From Proteobacteria bacterium UBA5122 (GTDB taxonomy: Bacteria; Pseudomonadota; Gammaproteobacteria; Tenderiales; Tenderiaceae): 64,000 nucleotides of DNA. The stretch spans positions 21,519 through 85,518 of the forward strand of contig DHYU01000050.1 in NCBI GenBank assembly GCA_002415485.1, in the 5' to 3' direction. Shown one piece after another: positions 45,983 to 56,448 of this stretch. The notes under the pieces were generated by a model. That model was given only the letters and a program-made list of their open reading frames with translations. It was not told the origin of the DNA and searched no databases. A program made the position numbers and the translations under genes. The first letter of the stretch is position 1. Each line of letters begins with the position of its first letter.

Positions 45983-46081
45983 GAACACATCAAACTTATT
46001 AAGATCAAAAACCACACTCGACAATAGGTTTTTACTTATTCAAAACCAACAACTTACATGATATCGACCTTCACCTCTGGC

Positions 46082-46519
46082 TCAATCTTGATCCACCCGC
46101 AGCGGCCTGTCATCCAATTCCCGTTGTTCTCGCTTTGCCTGAATTACCCGTTCGTCCGCCATGTACTTCTCCAGAACTGCGTCCAAGGCACGAGAACGCC
46201 CACGCTTGGCAAACCAAAAACGCTTTTTTTGCTCAAGATAACGTTTCGATGACTCCACCACTTCCCGCTGCGCCTCAATCGCAGCCTTGATCTTGGTCAA
46301 AAAGGCGCGAAAATCGTTGATTCTGCTGCCGGATATTCCCGCCTGGCCCGCTGTTCTAAAGCGTTCCATATACTCCAGTTGATAACCTTCCAGCTGCTGC
46401 AACCGCTCACTATTATTGTTCAAGGCCTTGAGTGCTGCAGCCAGTTCTTTGACAGCATCTTTCTCATCATGGTGAGCCAAATCAACCACTGGCTGAATGC
46501 GTTGTGACTTCTTAATCAT
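46082..46519 (-). CDS. fliJ: Flagellar export chaperone FliJ
   Basis: 145 aa coiled-coil protein. The start overlaps the fliI stop (ATGA). It occupies the position after fliI. Confidence 0.85.
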   Translation of the reverse strand: MIKKSQRIQPVVDLAHHDEKDAVKELAAALKALNNNSERLQQLEGYQLEYMERFRTAGQAGISGSRINDFRAFLTKIKAAIEAQREVVESSKRYLEQKKRFWFAKRGRSRALDAVLEKYMADERVIQAKREQRELDDRPLRVDQD

Positions 46520-47874
46520 TCACCCTTACCTGCACGCTTACTGAAAATCGCCGCCAGCTTTTGAATGCTTTGCGCAAACGACAACCCTTCTTTGATGCCT
46601 TGTTTAAGGAAGGTCATTATCGCCGGGTTATAGGCGATCGCCTCGTCCACGCGGGGATCGCTACCCCGGTTATAGGCTCCAACGGTAATCAAGTCTCGGT
46701 TCTGCTCATAGAGCGAATACAGATATTTGAGATGGCGCGCTGCCTGCTGATGCTCTGGCGAGGTAATCGCCGTCATGACCCGACTGATCGATGCCTCGAT
46801 ATCGATCGCGGGGTAATGCCCGGCTTCGGCCAAGCGGCGTGATAAAACGATATGACCATCCAAAATCGCACGCGCAGCATCGGCAATGGGGTCCTGCTGA
46901 TCATCACCTTCGGTCAACACCGTATAAAAGGCCGTGATGGATCCCCCTCCTTTGGCACCATTACCAGCCCGTTCAACCAACTGTGGCAGTTTGGCAAACA
47001 CTGAAGGTGGATAACCTTTAGTGGCTGGAGGTTCACCTATCGCCAATGCAATCTCACGCTGGGCTTGGGCAAAACGCGTCAGCGAATCCATCAACAACAA
47101 CACCTGTAAGCCTTGATCCCGAAAATACTCAGCAATACTGGTCGCCAGCATCGCCCCATGCATACGCATGAGTGGTGAGTTATCGGCCGGGGTAGCCACT
47201 ACCACTGACCGGGACATCCCCTCTTCGCCGAGGATGTTTTCGATAAATTCCTTCACCTCGCGACCGCGTTCACCAATCATTCCAACCACGATCACATCGG
47301 CATTGGTGTAGCGTGTCATCATCCCCAACAACACACTCTTACCTACACCACTACCTGCAAAAAGCCCCATCCGTTGACCTCGGCCAACTGTAAGCATGGC
47401 ATTGATTGCCCCCACACCTACATCCAAGGGCTGATCGATAGGATGACGCAATAATGGATTAATGAATTTACCGTTTAACGAAACCTGTGCCTCGGCATTG
47501 AGTGGCCCCTTATCATCCAATGGACGACCTGAACCATCGAGTACACGCCCAAGCAATGATTTACCTGCCGGCGCCATCAGCATCTCAGTGGTAGGAATAA
47601 CCTTGGCATTGGGAACCAAACCCTGAATGCTCCCCGTAGGCATCAGATAGGTTTTATCTCCGGCAAAACCAACCACCTCTGCCTCGACTGGCTCGCCCTG
47701 ATTGGGTACCACCAAACAGCGACCACCGATCGCTGCCTGAATGCCAACAGCCTCGAGCGTCAAGCCCACCATGCGCGTCAATCGCCCACTCACCACCAAC
47801 GGCACAGGCTTGCTCAGCGCCTCGCGCCGACGCTGCAGGCTAGTGGCAAACCCTTGGGCCCGCGAACTACTCAT
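46516..47874 (-). CDS. fliI: Flagellum-specific ATPase FliI
   Basis: Walker A GSGVGKS, Walker [10 protein letters not shown] and F1-ATPase-like architecture. Start set at the ATG at 47874, which overlaps the fliH stop by 8 nt. The track start at 47940 lies inside fliH. Confidence 0.95.
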   Translation of the reverse strand: MSSSRAQGFATSLQRRREALSKPVPLVVSGRLTRMVGLTLEAVGIQAAIGGRCLVVPNQGEPVEAEVVGFAGDKTYLMPTGSIQGLVPNAKVIPTTEMLMAPAGKSLLGRVLDGSGRPLDDKGPLNAEAQVSLNGKFINPLLRHPIDQPLDVGVGAINAMLTVGRGQRMGLFAGSGVGKSVLLGMMTRYTNADVIVVGMIGERGREVKEFIENILGEEGMSRSVVVATPADNSPLMRMHGAMLATSIAEYFRDQGLQVLLLMDSLTRFAQAQREIALAIGEPPATKGYPPSVFAKLPQLVERAGNGAKGGGSITAFYTVLTEGDDQQDPIADAARAILDGHIVLSRRLAEAGHYPAIDIEASISRVMTAITSPEHQQAARHLKYLYSLYEQNRDLITVGAYNRGSDPRVDEAIAYNPAIMTFLKQGIKEGLSFAQSIQKLAAIFSKRAGKGE

Positions 47875-48493
47875 CTCCGGCTCTCTCGCCACCGAGCAAC
47901 TTGGCAGCAATGGCAGCCACCCGACTCTCGATGGTGGCATCCACGTCTGAACTGGCCGTCGTCAGATGACAGCCGCCCCGCTGCAGTATGGGATCTTCTA
48001 CCAACACCCAGGCCTGTTCATCATCACCGCTGAGCATCACTTTACGCACGATCTCGGCATCATCCGGATGAAGATGAATCTTGATGTTTTGTGCTGATGT
48101 GGCCAGCGTGGCAACAGCCTCTCGCACCACAGAGATGACTTGTCCGGGATCAGTCTTTAACTCCCGGCGTACAATCTGCTTGGCCACTGCAACAGCGAGT
48201 TGTACCAACTCCCGCTCGACCAATTCATCGCATTGCGTCAAGGGGTGCTGGAAAATGGAAGCCACGTAATGCAGTTGTTCCTGCAAAGTCTCTACCTGCT
48301 GCCTCCCTGCAGCAACACCATCCTGCAGTCCTTGATTGAAACCTTCTTGATAGGCCTGCTGACGCAAATGTTCTAGCTCCTGGCTTCGATGTGCCTCAAT
48401 TTCTTGTGGCGACTTCTGTTTGACGCTGACTGCCCCAAATTCGGTCAAGGTCATCCGTTTGATGACACTGTTATCTGCCTCAGGCTTAGACAT
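47867..48493 (-). CDS. fliH: Flagellar assembly protein FliH
   Basis: About 208 aa with a charged N-terminal half and the FliH C-terminal domain, between fliG and fliI. The ATG at 48493 is preceded by GAGGAG. Confidence 0.85.
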   Translation of the reverse strand: MSKPEADNSVIKRMTLTEFGAVSVKQKSPQEIEAHRSQELEHLRQQAYQEGFNQGLQDGVAAGRQQVETLQEQLHYVASIFQHPLTQCDELVERELVQLAVAVAKQIVRRELKTDPGQVISVVREAVATLATSAQNIKIHLHPDDAEIVRKVMLSGDDEQAWVLVEDPILQRGGCHLTTASSDVDATIESRVAAIAAKLLGGERAGDE

Positions 48494-49514
48494 ACTCCTC
48501 ACCCTTACCACCGATCGTCAATTCGCCCGCTTCCATCATGCGACGCGCAATTGCCAGTACTTCCTTCTGTGCACCTTCCACCTCGCTGAGCTTAACCGGA
48601 CCACGGGCCTCGAGGTCGTCACGCAGCATTTCACCTGCACGTTTAGACATGTTTCTGAAAATTTTCTCTTTCAAATTCTCATCTGCAGCCTTCAGTGCCA
48701 ACAACAAGGTTTCAGAAGATACCTCACGTAGCAGGGCCTGAATGCCACGATCATCAATCTCTGCAATATTGTCGAATACAAACATCAAGTCTTCGATGTT
48801 TTGTCCCAGCTCAGGATCAGACTCACGGATTTCATCCATGATCTCACCTTCTACCGATGAATCCATGAAATTAAGGATGCTGGCCGCTGTTTTCATCCCC
48901 CCCACACTAGAGGACTGAACAGTGCTATTCCCCGTAAACTGTTTCTCCAGGATGAAGTCAAGTTCATTCAAAGCGGCGGGCTGAATACCATCCAGCGAGG
49001 CGATCCGCATAATCGTATCGGCGCGGGTCCGTTCAGGCAGCATACCCAATACACCCGCAGAATGATCGGGGTCCAGATAAGACAACACAATTGCAATGAT
49101 CTGTGGATGCTCGCGACGAATCAGTTCGGCAACTGCTTTTGGTTCCATCCACTTCAGTGACTCCAGCCCCTTGGATGAATGGCCAAATAAAATGCGGTCA
49201 ATAACCTGGGTCGCCTTATCTGCGCCCAAGGCATTGACCAGTAGGTTGCGAATATAATCTTCAGAGCCTCCAAGTGCTGCCTGATCTCCAACCTCTTCAT
49301 TAAATTCCGACAGTACCTGATGAACCACGTTCTTGGGCATATTATTGATCGTGGCCATTGCTGCACCGACCTTCTGCACTTCACGTGGTCCTAGATGCTT
49401 CAAGATTTCCGCAGCCGAAGACTCACCCAAACTCATCAGCAATACAGCCGCACGCTCGGAGCCTGACATTTCACCCGAATCGGAAGGCTTCTTTTTTTTG
49501 TCTTTATCCGGCAT
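48486..49514 (-). CDS. fliG: Flagellar motor switch protein FliG
   Basis: 342 aa with the conserved MFVFDNI segment and the charged C-terminal torque helix region. Confidence 0.95.
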   Translation of the reverse strand: MPDKDKKKKPSDSGEMSGSERAAVLLMSLGESSAAEILKHLGPREVQKVGAAMATINNMPKNVVHQVLSEFNEEVGDQAALGGSEDYIRNLLVNALGADKATQVIDRILFGHSSKGLESLKWMEPKAVAELIRREHPQIIAIVLSYLDPDHSAGVLGMLPERTRADTIMRIASLDGIQPAALNELDFILEKQFTGNSTVQSSSVGGMKTAASILNFMDSSVEGEIMDEIRESDPELGQNIEDLMFVFDNIAEIDDRGIQALLREVSSETLLLALKAADENLKEKIFRNMSKRAGEMLRDDLEARGPVKLSEVEGAQKEVLAIARRMMEAGELTIGGKGEEYV

Positions 49515-51153
49515 CTGCTTCTACCCAACCTTTCACGATCTCAGCCACACGGCGAGGATCTTGAGTTACCACCGCCTTAGCGTCCGCCAGCTGATCTTCG
49601 TAGGACTTGCCACCTGGCAAGGCAGGCACTGCCCCACCACCTGCCAACGCCAACTGCTCTGCCCCCATACCCTCAGCTGCCTCACCCGCGCCTGCAGGTA
49701 ATGCTGCTGGACGCTTACCCTGTTTTGCCAAACTGGTCAGCACGGGCTTAATTACAGTAAAGATCAACAAAATGATTGCCACAATCGCTGCCAGCTGCTT
49801 AATAATATCCCAGACCCAAGGTTGTTCGAACAGAGATGGCTCAGGCAGTGGCTCGGGCTCTGCAACTTGTTGAAAAGGCGCATTAATCACATTCACACTG
49901 TCACCACGGTCAGCCCGATAACCAACAGCCTCACGAACCAGAGAAGTAATCCGGTCGATCTCTTCCTGGGTCATCGCACGACTGACAACTTCTCCTGCGT
50001 CATTGGTCTCTTGCATATTATCGACCACAACCGCTACAGATAGACGGGTCACCGTCCCTGTAGACAGCTTGGTATGGCTAACTGTACGATCTAACTCATA
50101 ATTTCGTACCACCCGGCGTGAGCTGTTTTTATCGATACTTTGCTCACTGCTATCCGTCCCCTGCAATGCTCCATTCTGAGCTAGATTGGCATCTTCTGGC
50201 GGTTGATTTGTCAATGCACCTGGCACACCCTGTAAACCTGTACGCGCCGCCTGATTCAATTCTTCAATTGTTTGTTCACTACGAATGGATGGCAAATCTG
50301 GGTTATATGCCTCTTGAGTCTTTTCGGTCACAGTGAAATCCAGATCAGCCACAACCTGCGCACGCATCCCATCCGCACCGAGAATCGGCATTAGAATATT
50401 CTCGATACGTTTGGTGTAATACTCCTCAAGATTCTTACGATAATCGAATTGGGTCGCGGTATAACGCATTTCATTCATTGAGCCAGGCATGCTCAACAAA
50501 CGTCCCGTGTGATCAACCAATGTCACATCGTCCGCTAGCATCCCTGGCACACTAGAAGCCACCAAGTGAGTCACCGATGCGGCTTGATCTGGCGATAGTG
50601 TCCGCCCTTGATTTAAAGTCACTACCACAGATGCACTGGGACGCTTTTTATTACGTACAAAGGCTGATTGCTTGGGCAAGGCCAGGTGCACACGGGCACC
50701 TTTGACAGCTGATATCGACGTGATGGTTTTAGACAACTCACCTTCCAACGCTTGTTGGTAACGAGCCGTCTCAATAAATTGACTGGTACCGAAGCCCTGC
50801 TCTTTATGCAGCAACTCATAACCCACGCCGCTATCACGTGGCAAACCTGCCCCGGCCAATTTCAAACGCGCATCATACAAACGACTACCGTCGACCATGA
50901 CCGCACCGGTAGCCTGGTTGATTTCATATTTGATACCCGATTGATCAAGTATATTGGAGATTTCCATCACTTGCTGATCATCGAGATTACCATACAACAT
51001 GCGATAGCTCGGTTGCTGCGACCACAGAATAATAACCACTGCCAGTGCAATACTGACTGCGATACCAACCATCAGCCCCAACTGACGCACCATCGGCAAA
51101 CGGTTAAAACCGGTTACCTGGGCCGAAAGATTCTCTGCTTTAACTAGAGCCAT
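49504..51153 (-). CDS. fliF: Flagellar MS-ring protein FliF
   Basis: 549 aa with N- and C-terminal TM helices flanking a large periplasmic region. Overlaps the fliG start. Confidence 0.95.
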   Translation of the reverse strand: MALVKAENLSAQVTGFNRLPMVRQLGLMVGIAVSIALAVVIILWSQQPSYRMLYGNLDDQQVMEISNILDQSGIKYEINQATGAVMVDGSRLYDARLKLAGAGLPRDSGVGYELLHKEQGFGTSQFIETARYQQALEGELSKTITSISAVKGARVHLALPKQSAFVRNKKRPSASVVVTLNQGRTLSPDQAASVTHLVASSVPGMLADDVTLVDHTGRLLSMPGSMNEMRYTATQFDYRKNLEEYYTKRIENILMPILGADGMRAQVVADLDFTVTEKTQEAYNPDLPSIRSEQTIEELNQAARTGLQGVPGALTNQPPEDANLAQNGALQGTDSSEQSIDKNSSRRVVRNYELDRTVSHTKLSTGTVTRLSVAVVVDNMQETNDAGEVVSRAMTQEEIDRITSLVREAVGYRADRGDSVNVINAPFQQVAEPEPLPEPSLFEQPWVWDIIKQLAAIVAIILLIFTVIKPVLTSLAKQGKRPAALPAGAGEAAEGMGAEQLALAGGGAVPALPGGKSYEDQLADAKAVVTQDPRRVAEIVKGWVEADAG

Positions 51154-51170
51154 AATGCCTTACCTCATCC

Positions 51171-51512
51171 TTACATGGACATGCTCATAACGTCTTTATA
51201 GGCTTGTACTAGTTTATTTCTCACCTCTGTCATCGCTGTCATCGCCAACTTGGCCTTTTCAGATGCGATGGTGACATCAACCAGATTAACGCTGGGATCA
51301 CCCATTTCCATGCGTTTCTTCAAATCACCCGATGTTTTGCTCAACGAGTTGACAGTATCGACTGAACTCTTCAGCACCGTTGAAAAATCCAGGCCCTGAG
51401 TCGCACCGGTTTGTTGCACAGCATCAACGTTCTGTTTGCTTTGTGCTTGCGCAGCCAACACGCGCATTTGGTTTAGCACCTGATTAATATTGATATCATT
51501 ATTAATATTCAT
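51171..51512 (-). CDS. fliE: Flagellar hook-basal body protein FliE
   Basis: C-terminus EVRNKLVQAYKDVMSMSM is typical of FliE. By codon arithmetic, the ATG at 51512 is preceded by GAGGAG at ~7 nt. The track start at 51527 is a GTG inside the fleR 3' end. Confidence 0.85.
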   Translation of the reverse strand: MNINNDININQVLNQMRVLAAQAQSKQNVDAVQQTGATQGLDFSTVLKSSVDTVNSLSKTSGDLKKRMEMGDPSVNLVDVTIASEKAKLAMTAMTEVRNKLVQAYKDVMSMSM

Positions 51513-51513
51513 C

Positions 51514-52857
51514 TCAATGCTCCTCACCAGGAATCACTAGCCCTTCTTCACGCATCCTAGCCATTTTGTAACGCAGAGTACGCGGACTAACGCCCAATTC
51601 GGTCGCTGCCTGCTTCTTACTACCATATTTGCGTAGCGCATCGAGAATGATCTGATACTCGGTGACGCGCAGATCTGCCGTCAAACGTTTGTCGCCACCT
51701 TCACATACCAATTCAGGAACAGCTTCGATGGGCATATCTTCATCCATCTCGAAAACAATATCTTCAGCACGAATCGTGTCACCGTTCGATAGAATTTGGG
51801 CACGTTGCATCACATTCTCCAGCTCACGCACATTGCCTGGCCAAGCATGGCGAATCAAAGCAGCCTTTGCAGTTTCAGTTAATTCAGGCATTGGCATACC
51901 CGGCATTTGGTGACGTTTGATAAAGAACTCTGCCATTGGAATCACATCTGCCATACGCTCGCGCAATGGCGGAATACGAATGGGGAATACATTCAAGCGA
52001 TAATACAAGTCCTCGCGAAAACGCCCAGCTTCGACTTCTGCCTTCAGATTACGGTTAGTCGTCGCAATGATACGAACATTCAGCGGGATAGTTTTTTTGC
52101 CACCGAGACGCTCGACCTCGCGCTCTTGAATCACTCTCAGCAACTTTGCCTGCAGCGCAAGATCCATCTCTGATATTTCATCGAGCAACAAGGTGCCGTC
52201 TTGTGCCTGTTCAAACTTACCGGCACTCGCTTGATAAGCGCCAGTGAATGCCCCCTTCTCATACCCAAACAAGACTGCTTCAAGCATGTTGTCTGGAATC
52301 GCAGCACAGTTAATCGCAACGAATGGAGAACAAGCTCGAGGAGAGCTACGATGAATGTGTTGAGCAACCACTTCTTTGCCTACACCGCTTTCACCATTCA
52401 ACATCACAGTAACGTCTGTTGCCGCAACACGCTCGGCCAGGGCAATCATCTTCAAGGTCTTAGGATCTTCAGCGACTACGGCGCCACTGGCCTCTACTTG
52501 GTTCAAATAACGATTCACCATATTAACTAGCACTTCCGCCTCGAAAGGCTTGACTAGATAATCTGCAGCTCCTTCACGCATAGCCTGAACAGCCTTCTCG
52601 ACATTACCGTAAGCAGTCATCAATACAACTGGCAAATTTGGATGCCTTTCCTTCAGTAATTGCATCAGGCCATGGCCATCCAGATCTGGCATGTGGACAT
52701 CACTGACCACCATGGAGAATTCGGAAGTTTCGATCGCCTTCAGCGCTTCATTACCGTCGGCCACTGCCTTAACGGGAATACCTGCCAGAGACAATGTGTC
52801 ACACAAGGCCTCACGCAGAGAATAATCATCTTCCACGACTAATACTGCAGAGTTCAT
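51514..52857 (-). CDS. fleR: sigma54-dependent response regulator FleR (FlrC)
   Basis: 447 aa. REC (VVEDD, DVHMPDLDG), AAA+ sigma54-activator domain (GESGVGKE, GAFTGA) and a C-terminal HTH. Confidence 0.9.
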   Translation of the reverse strand: MNSAVLVVEDDYSLREALCDTLSLAGIPVKAVADGNEALKAIETSEFSMVVSDVHMPDLDGHGLMQLLKERHPNLPVVLMTAYGNVEKAVQAMREGAADYLVKPFEAEVLVNMVNRYLNQVEASGAVVAEDPKTLKMIALAERVAATDVTVMLNGESGVGKEVVAQHIHRSSPRACSPFVAINCAAIPDNMLEAVLFGYEKGAFTGAYQASAGKFEQAQDGTLLLDEISEMDLALQAKLLRVIQEREVERLGGKKTIPLNVRIIATTNRNLKAEVEAGRFREDLYYRLNVFPIRIPPLRERMADVIPMAEFFIKRHQMPGMPMPELTETAKAALIRHAWPGNVRELENVMQRAQILSNGDTIRAEDIVFEMDEDMPIEAVPELVCEGGDKRLTADLRVTEYQIILDALRKYGSKKQAATELGVSPRTLRYKMARMREEGLVIPGEEH

Positions 52858-54047
52858 AGCGCTTCCTCACGTTGCTTATCACCCTTAGCCTCAGCGGTAA
52901 CCAGCACCGGTAGGCGAAGACGAAAACTGGTACCACGACCAGACATGGTTTCAAAATCAATGGCGCCGCCATGCTTTTCAACAATGGACTTCACGACGGC
53001 CAGACCAAGGCCTGTGCCTTGTGGGCGAGTAGTTACAAAGGGTTCAAACAGGGTTTGACGAATATCGGGATCAATTCCCTTGCCGTGATCCTGGACAATA
53101 ACATCAAGATTGATAGCGTCACGACTTGAGAACTGCATATCGATGCTGCAATGTTCTTCGCTCGCTTGCAGGCCATTGGCTGCCAAATTCAACAACACAC
53201 TCAGCAGTGCATCTTTATTGGCTTGAATGCGCGCACCACGCAGATTGTTTTGAATATTCAACACAGCGTTTTTTTCTTTTAATTTGCCTTGCAAACCGCT
53301 GCGCACTGCATCCAATAGAATATCCAACTCGAAGCATTGCTCTGCTCCGTGCTGCCCTCCCTTGGTGTAGGCCAGCATATCGCTGATCATTGACTCTATA
53401 TATTTCAGTTGGTTTTGGGCCTTGTCGGCACAGGTCTTTACACGCATCTTATCGCCAGCAACGACTGGCAACTGTGAGGTATACAACATCGCCGCTGATA
53501 AAGGCGTGCGAATTTGATGCGCCAGCGAAGCCGCCATATAACCCATCGATGACAGACGCTGCACACGACTGACACGATCCTGTAATTGACGAGTTTGAGT
53601 CACATCGTTGATCAACAACATTTGACCTGGCTCATCCCCTAACGAATTTGTTGCGATATTGACGCGGCGCCCATCGCGTAGAGATACGTCATGACCATCG
53701 TCATAACTTGGAGCAAATGCGCGAGCAATGACAGCGCGCCATGGCATCCCTAGCAAGGGGTTGCCCAGAAATTCAATTGCAGCAGGATTGCATAATTGAA
53801 CCGTGCCATTCCCATCCAGCACCACAACTCCACCCGGCAATACTTCTAATAGGCGCTCTAAACGCGCCAGACGACGCTGGGTTTCAGCCAACTGGGTTGG
53901 GGCAGTATGTTCACTCAGTTGCAGGCCAAGACTCTCTACCTGCGTTTCGAGCTGAGAATAGGAGTACATGAGGCGCTCAGACATTTGATTGAACGCCTTG
54001 AATGCGTCCTCCAAATGTTGAAGCTGATTAGACTGTTGTGCCTGCAT
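52854..54047 (-). CDS. fleS: Sensor histidine kinase FleS (FlrB), cytoplasmic PAS-HK
   Basis: 397 aa with no TM segment. Has a PAS-like region, H-box ASLAHQIRTPL and N/G boxes LNLAANGLQA, DHGKGI, GTGLGLAVV. Overlaps the fleR start. Confidence 0.85.
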   Translation of the reverse strand: MQAQQSNQLQHLEDAFKAFNQMSERLMYSYSQLETQVESLGLQLSEHTAPTQLAETQRRLARLERLLEVLPGGVVVLDGNGTVQLCNPAAIEFLGNPLLGMPWRAVIARAFAPSYDDGHDVSLRDGRRVNIATNSLGDEPGQMLLINDVTQTRQLQDRVSRVQRLSSMGYMAASLAHQIRTPLSAAMLYTSQLPVVAGDKMRVKTCADKAQNQLKYIESMISDMLAYTKGGQHGAEQCFELDILLDAVRSGLQGKLKEKNAVLNIQNNLRGARIQANKDALLSVLLNLAANGLQASEEHCSIDMQFSSRDAINLDVIVQDHGKGIDPDIRQTLFEPFVTTRPQGTGLGLAVVKSIVEKHGGAIDFETMSGRGTSFRLRLPVLVTAEAKGDKQREEAL

Positions 54048-54112
54048 TGTGTCTCGCCTTGTCCTGTAGTGGGGTTCGGTAGTTGACGAACCTTTTGTTC
54101 ACTACAAACAAA

Positions 54113-54127
54113 GCAAAACTTAGGCCA
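54113..54127 (-). promoter_or_regulatory. sigma54 (-24/-12) promoter candidate for fleS-fleR
   Basis: The minus strand reads TGGCCT-AAGTT-TTGC with correct GG-N10-GC spacing, about 65 nt upstream of the fleS ATG. Confidence 0.6.
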
Positions 54128-54187
54128 ATTTATTGTTACTCTTAAAATACAATGAGTTATATAAAATTTGAAATCAAAAGGTCAAAA

Positions 54188-55666
54188 TTATGTCACTTCT
54201 TCTCCACGCTGCAGGCCATATTTACGCATCTTTTCAACCAACGTGGTACGACGCAGTTTCAAGCGACTCGCAGCATGGGCAACGATGCCCTCTGCCTCAT
54301 CCAGGGCCAACGTAATGTACTGACGCTCCAGCTCTGCAAGGTGTTCTTTGAGATCCAAGCCTTCAGGCGGCAGCGATACGATCCCATCAACAGACACAGA
54401 GGGCATCACCTCGTTAGAGCTTCGCCCACCTTCCATTGCCCGAACAATCAACTGCTCGTCAATCTCTCTCCCTTCGTCACTCACCACTCGATATTTTGCA
54501 GGAAGGTCATTCACATCCACCACACCCATTGGGAACATAATGACCAAACGCTCAACAAAATTAGCTAATTCACGGACATTCCCGGGCCAATCGTAATGAC
54601 ACAGCGCCATCATCGCAGCCTGTGTCAGCCTTACAGAACCACGGTTTTCATGCTCCAAACGCGCAACCAATTCATTCACTAGCAGTGGCACATCCTCGAT
54701 CCGCTCGCGCAACGGCGGCATTTCGATTGGAAATACATTAAGACGATAATACAAATCCTCGCGGAATTTACCCTCCTCGATGGCCTGCTCCAGATTACGG
54801 TGAGTTGCTGCCACGATCCGAACATCTGCAGTGATACTCTTGTTACTGCCAACACGCTCGAAAGTGCGCTCTTGGAGCACGCGCAATAGTTTTACCTGCA
54901 TATGCAGGCTCATATCACCTATTTCATCTAAAAAGAGCGTACCGCCTTCAGCCAATTCAAAACGCCCTTGCCGAGTGCTAATCGCCCCGGTAAACGCCCC
55001 TTTTTCATGACCAAACAACTCACTTTCCAACAAATCCGCAGGGATGGCGCCGCAATTGATCGGGACAAAGGGTTTATTACGGCGATTTGAATGATAGTGG
55101 ACATTGCGCGCAACAACCTCCTTGCCAGTGCCTGATTCGCCGAGAATCAGCACATTGGCATCAGACACGGCCACCTGCTCAATCAAACGGCGGACACCAT
55201 GAATTCCTTTGCTTTCACCGACCAGACTTCTAAACAGTTCTGGTGAATTATTGCGTGCCGGCAATCCACTCGGAGACGGCTGAGGTACAGCCTCACGCAC
55301 TTTCTGCCACAACGCCGATAACGCCTTGTGTCTGAAAGGAGAGTCGATTCGAAACTCCGAGGCCTTGATCACGACTGGCGCATAGGCATCCGCCTCTTCA
55401 TCTTGCGCCAACAACAAGAGTACGGGCTTGACTGTAGATGACAGCAATTCTTTGCTGATTTCGATACAACATGAACGATCGTTCAATCCGGCTAGTACTA
55501 CCGCATAGTACTGCTGATCTGTCGCCCCATCCTGGCGGGCCTCTTTCTGCCACTGCTCGCTACTACAGGCAGTCACATCACCGACATCCATAAACTCAAG
55601 GACGGCGTGCAACTCTTGTCTGCGCTCTGCTTTATCATCAATCAGTAGAACACCCGATTCGCGCAT
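54188..55666 (-). CDS. fleQ: Flagellar master regulator FleQ (FlrA), sigma54-dependent activator
   Basis: 492 aa. REC-like FleQ domain without an obvious phospho-acceptor Asp, AAA+ domain ([14 protein letters not shown]) and a C-terminal HTH. Confidence 0.9.
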   Translation of the reverse strand: MRESGVLLIDDKAERRQELHAVLEFMDVGDVTACSSEQWQKEARQDGATDQQYYAVVLAGLNDRSCCIEISKELLSSTVKPVLLLLAQDEEADAYAPVVIKASEFRIDSPFRHKALSALWQKVREAVPQPSPSGLPARNNSPELFRSLVGESKGIHGVRRLIEQVAVSDANVLILGESGTGKEVVARNVHYHSNRRNKPFVPINCGAIPADLLESELFGHEKGAFTGAISTRQGRFELAEGGTLFLDEIGDMSLHMQVKLLRVLQERTFERVGSNKSITADVRIVAATHRNLEQAIEEGKFREDLYYRLNVFPIEMPPLRERIEDVPLLVNELVARLEHENRGSVRLTQAAMMALCHYDWPGNVRELANFVERLVIMFPMGVVDVNDLPAKYRVVSDEGREIDEQLIVRAMEGGRSSNEVMPSVSVDGIVSLPPEGLDLKEHLAELERQYITLALDEAEGIVAHAASRLKLRRTTLVEKMRKYGLQRGEEVT

Positions 55667-55818
55667 GCATCACCCTCTGTTATTTGACGTCATTGCTCAA
55701 GCCAAGCTGGCCTCTTGAACAGCTTTCAACATATTGTCAAATTTTTGGCATGCAAACAATCTTTTTTTGATATCAAGCGTAAAATATTGATATATATTCA
55801 GTTGAAATGAAAATCGCG

Positions 55819-56355
55819 CTATGCAGGCTTCTTGTTTTTGGCTATTTGGCGTCTGTGGGCTCGGAATACGTAACGCTCAATACTATCGGACAACTCGTCA
55901 TTCTGAATGGCAAAGTCACAACTCACCCAGCCAGACTCTATTGAGCTTACCTGGACAGCAAATGTTAGAGGAAATGGAAATTGTTGTTTTAGATACAAAT
56001 CTATCTCGAGATCCGTGCCAATAGTAGGCATATTATCGGAGTCTGCACACAGCCAATGCAATTTACCCGACTGCAACACAACTTGTCTTGGGAGGGGCAG
56101 TGGGATGTCACGAGCCAATAAACGCCCCAGCATCTGCATCATCACATTCAGCTTGGCATCTAAACGCTGGAACTCTTGAGAGATGGCTGAGGCCTCATCA
56201 ATATCCAATGAAGGGGCATAATAATCATCCAAACCACTAATCATTCGCATATGCTCGAGATTAATTGCGTCACGAACTGTGGCCCCACCTTCCCCGGAAA
56301 AGGTGTGCCAGCAAATGGGGAGATGCCCTTCTAAATAAACACCTTGGAATTGCAA
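55819..56355 (-). CDS. Hypothetical protein, possible atypical PilZ-like c-di-GMP receptor
   Basis: 178 aa. The C-terminal half looks like a beta-rich barrel (LEIDLYL..PLTFAVQVSSIE..VSCDFAI) followed by ERYVFRAHRRQIA. My family assignment is tentative. Located between the fliT-like gene and fleQ. Confidence 0.35.
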   Translation of the reverse strand: MQFQGVYLEGHLPICWHTFSGEGGATVRDAINLEHMRMISGLDDYYAPSLDIDEASAISQEFQRLDAKLNVMMQMLGRLLARDIPLPLPRQVVLQSGKLHWLCADSDNMPTIGTDLEIDLYLKQQFPFPLTFAVQVSSIESGWVSCDFAIQNDELSDSIERYVFRAHRRQIAKNKKPA

Positions 56356-56448
56356 TTAAAGACCCCAGAAAACACTAGTGAACATACACCGACGATACCA
56401 GATAGAACTAACACCTCTCAAGCGAGCATTAGTCAATTAATCAATGTA

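Noticed and set aside
51470-51545. An apparent 1-nt phase mismatch between my manual reading of the printed sequence and the ORF track at the fleR/fliE junction, which could have indicated a frameshift or pseudogene
   Set aside because: Coordinates are in phase on both sides (the fliF start at 51153 and the fleR start at 52857), and both track proteins are full-length and family-typical. I attribute the mismatch to my hand counting. I used codon arithmetic from the track for these starts.
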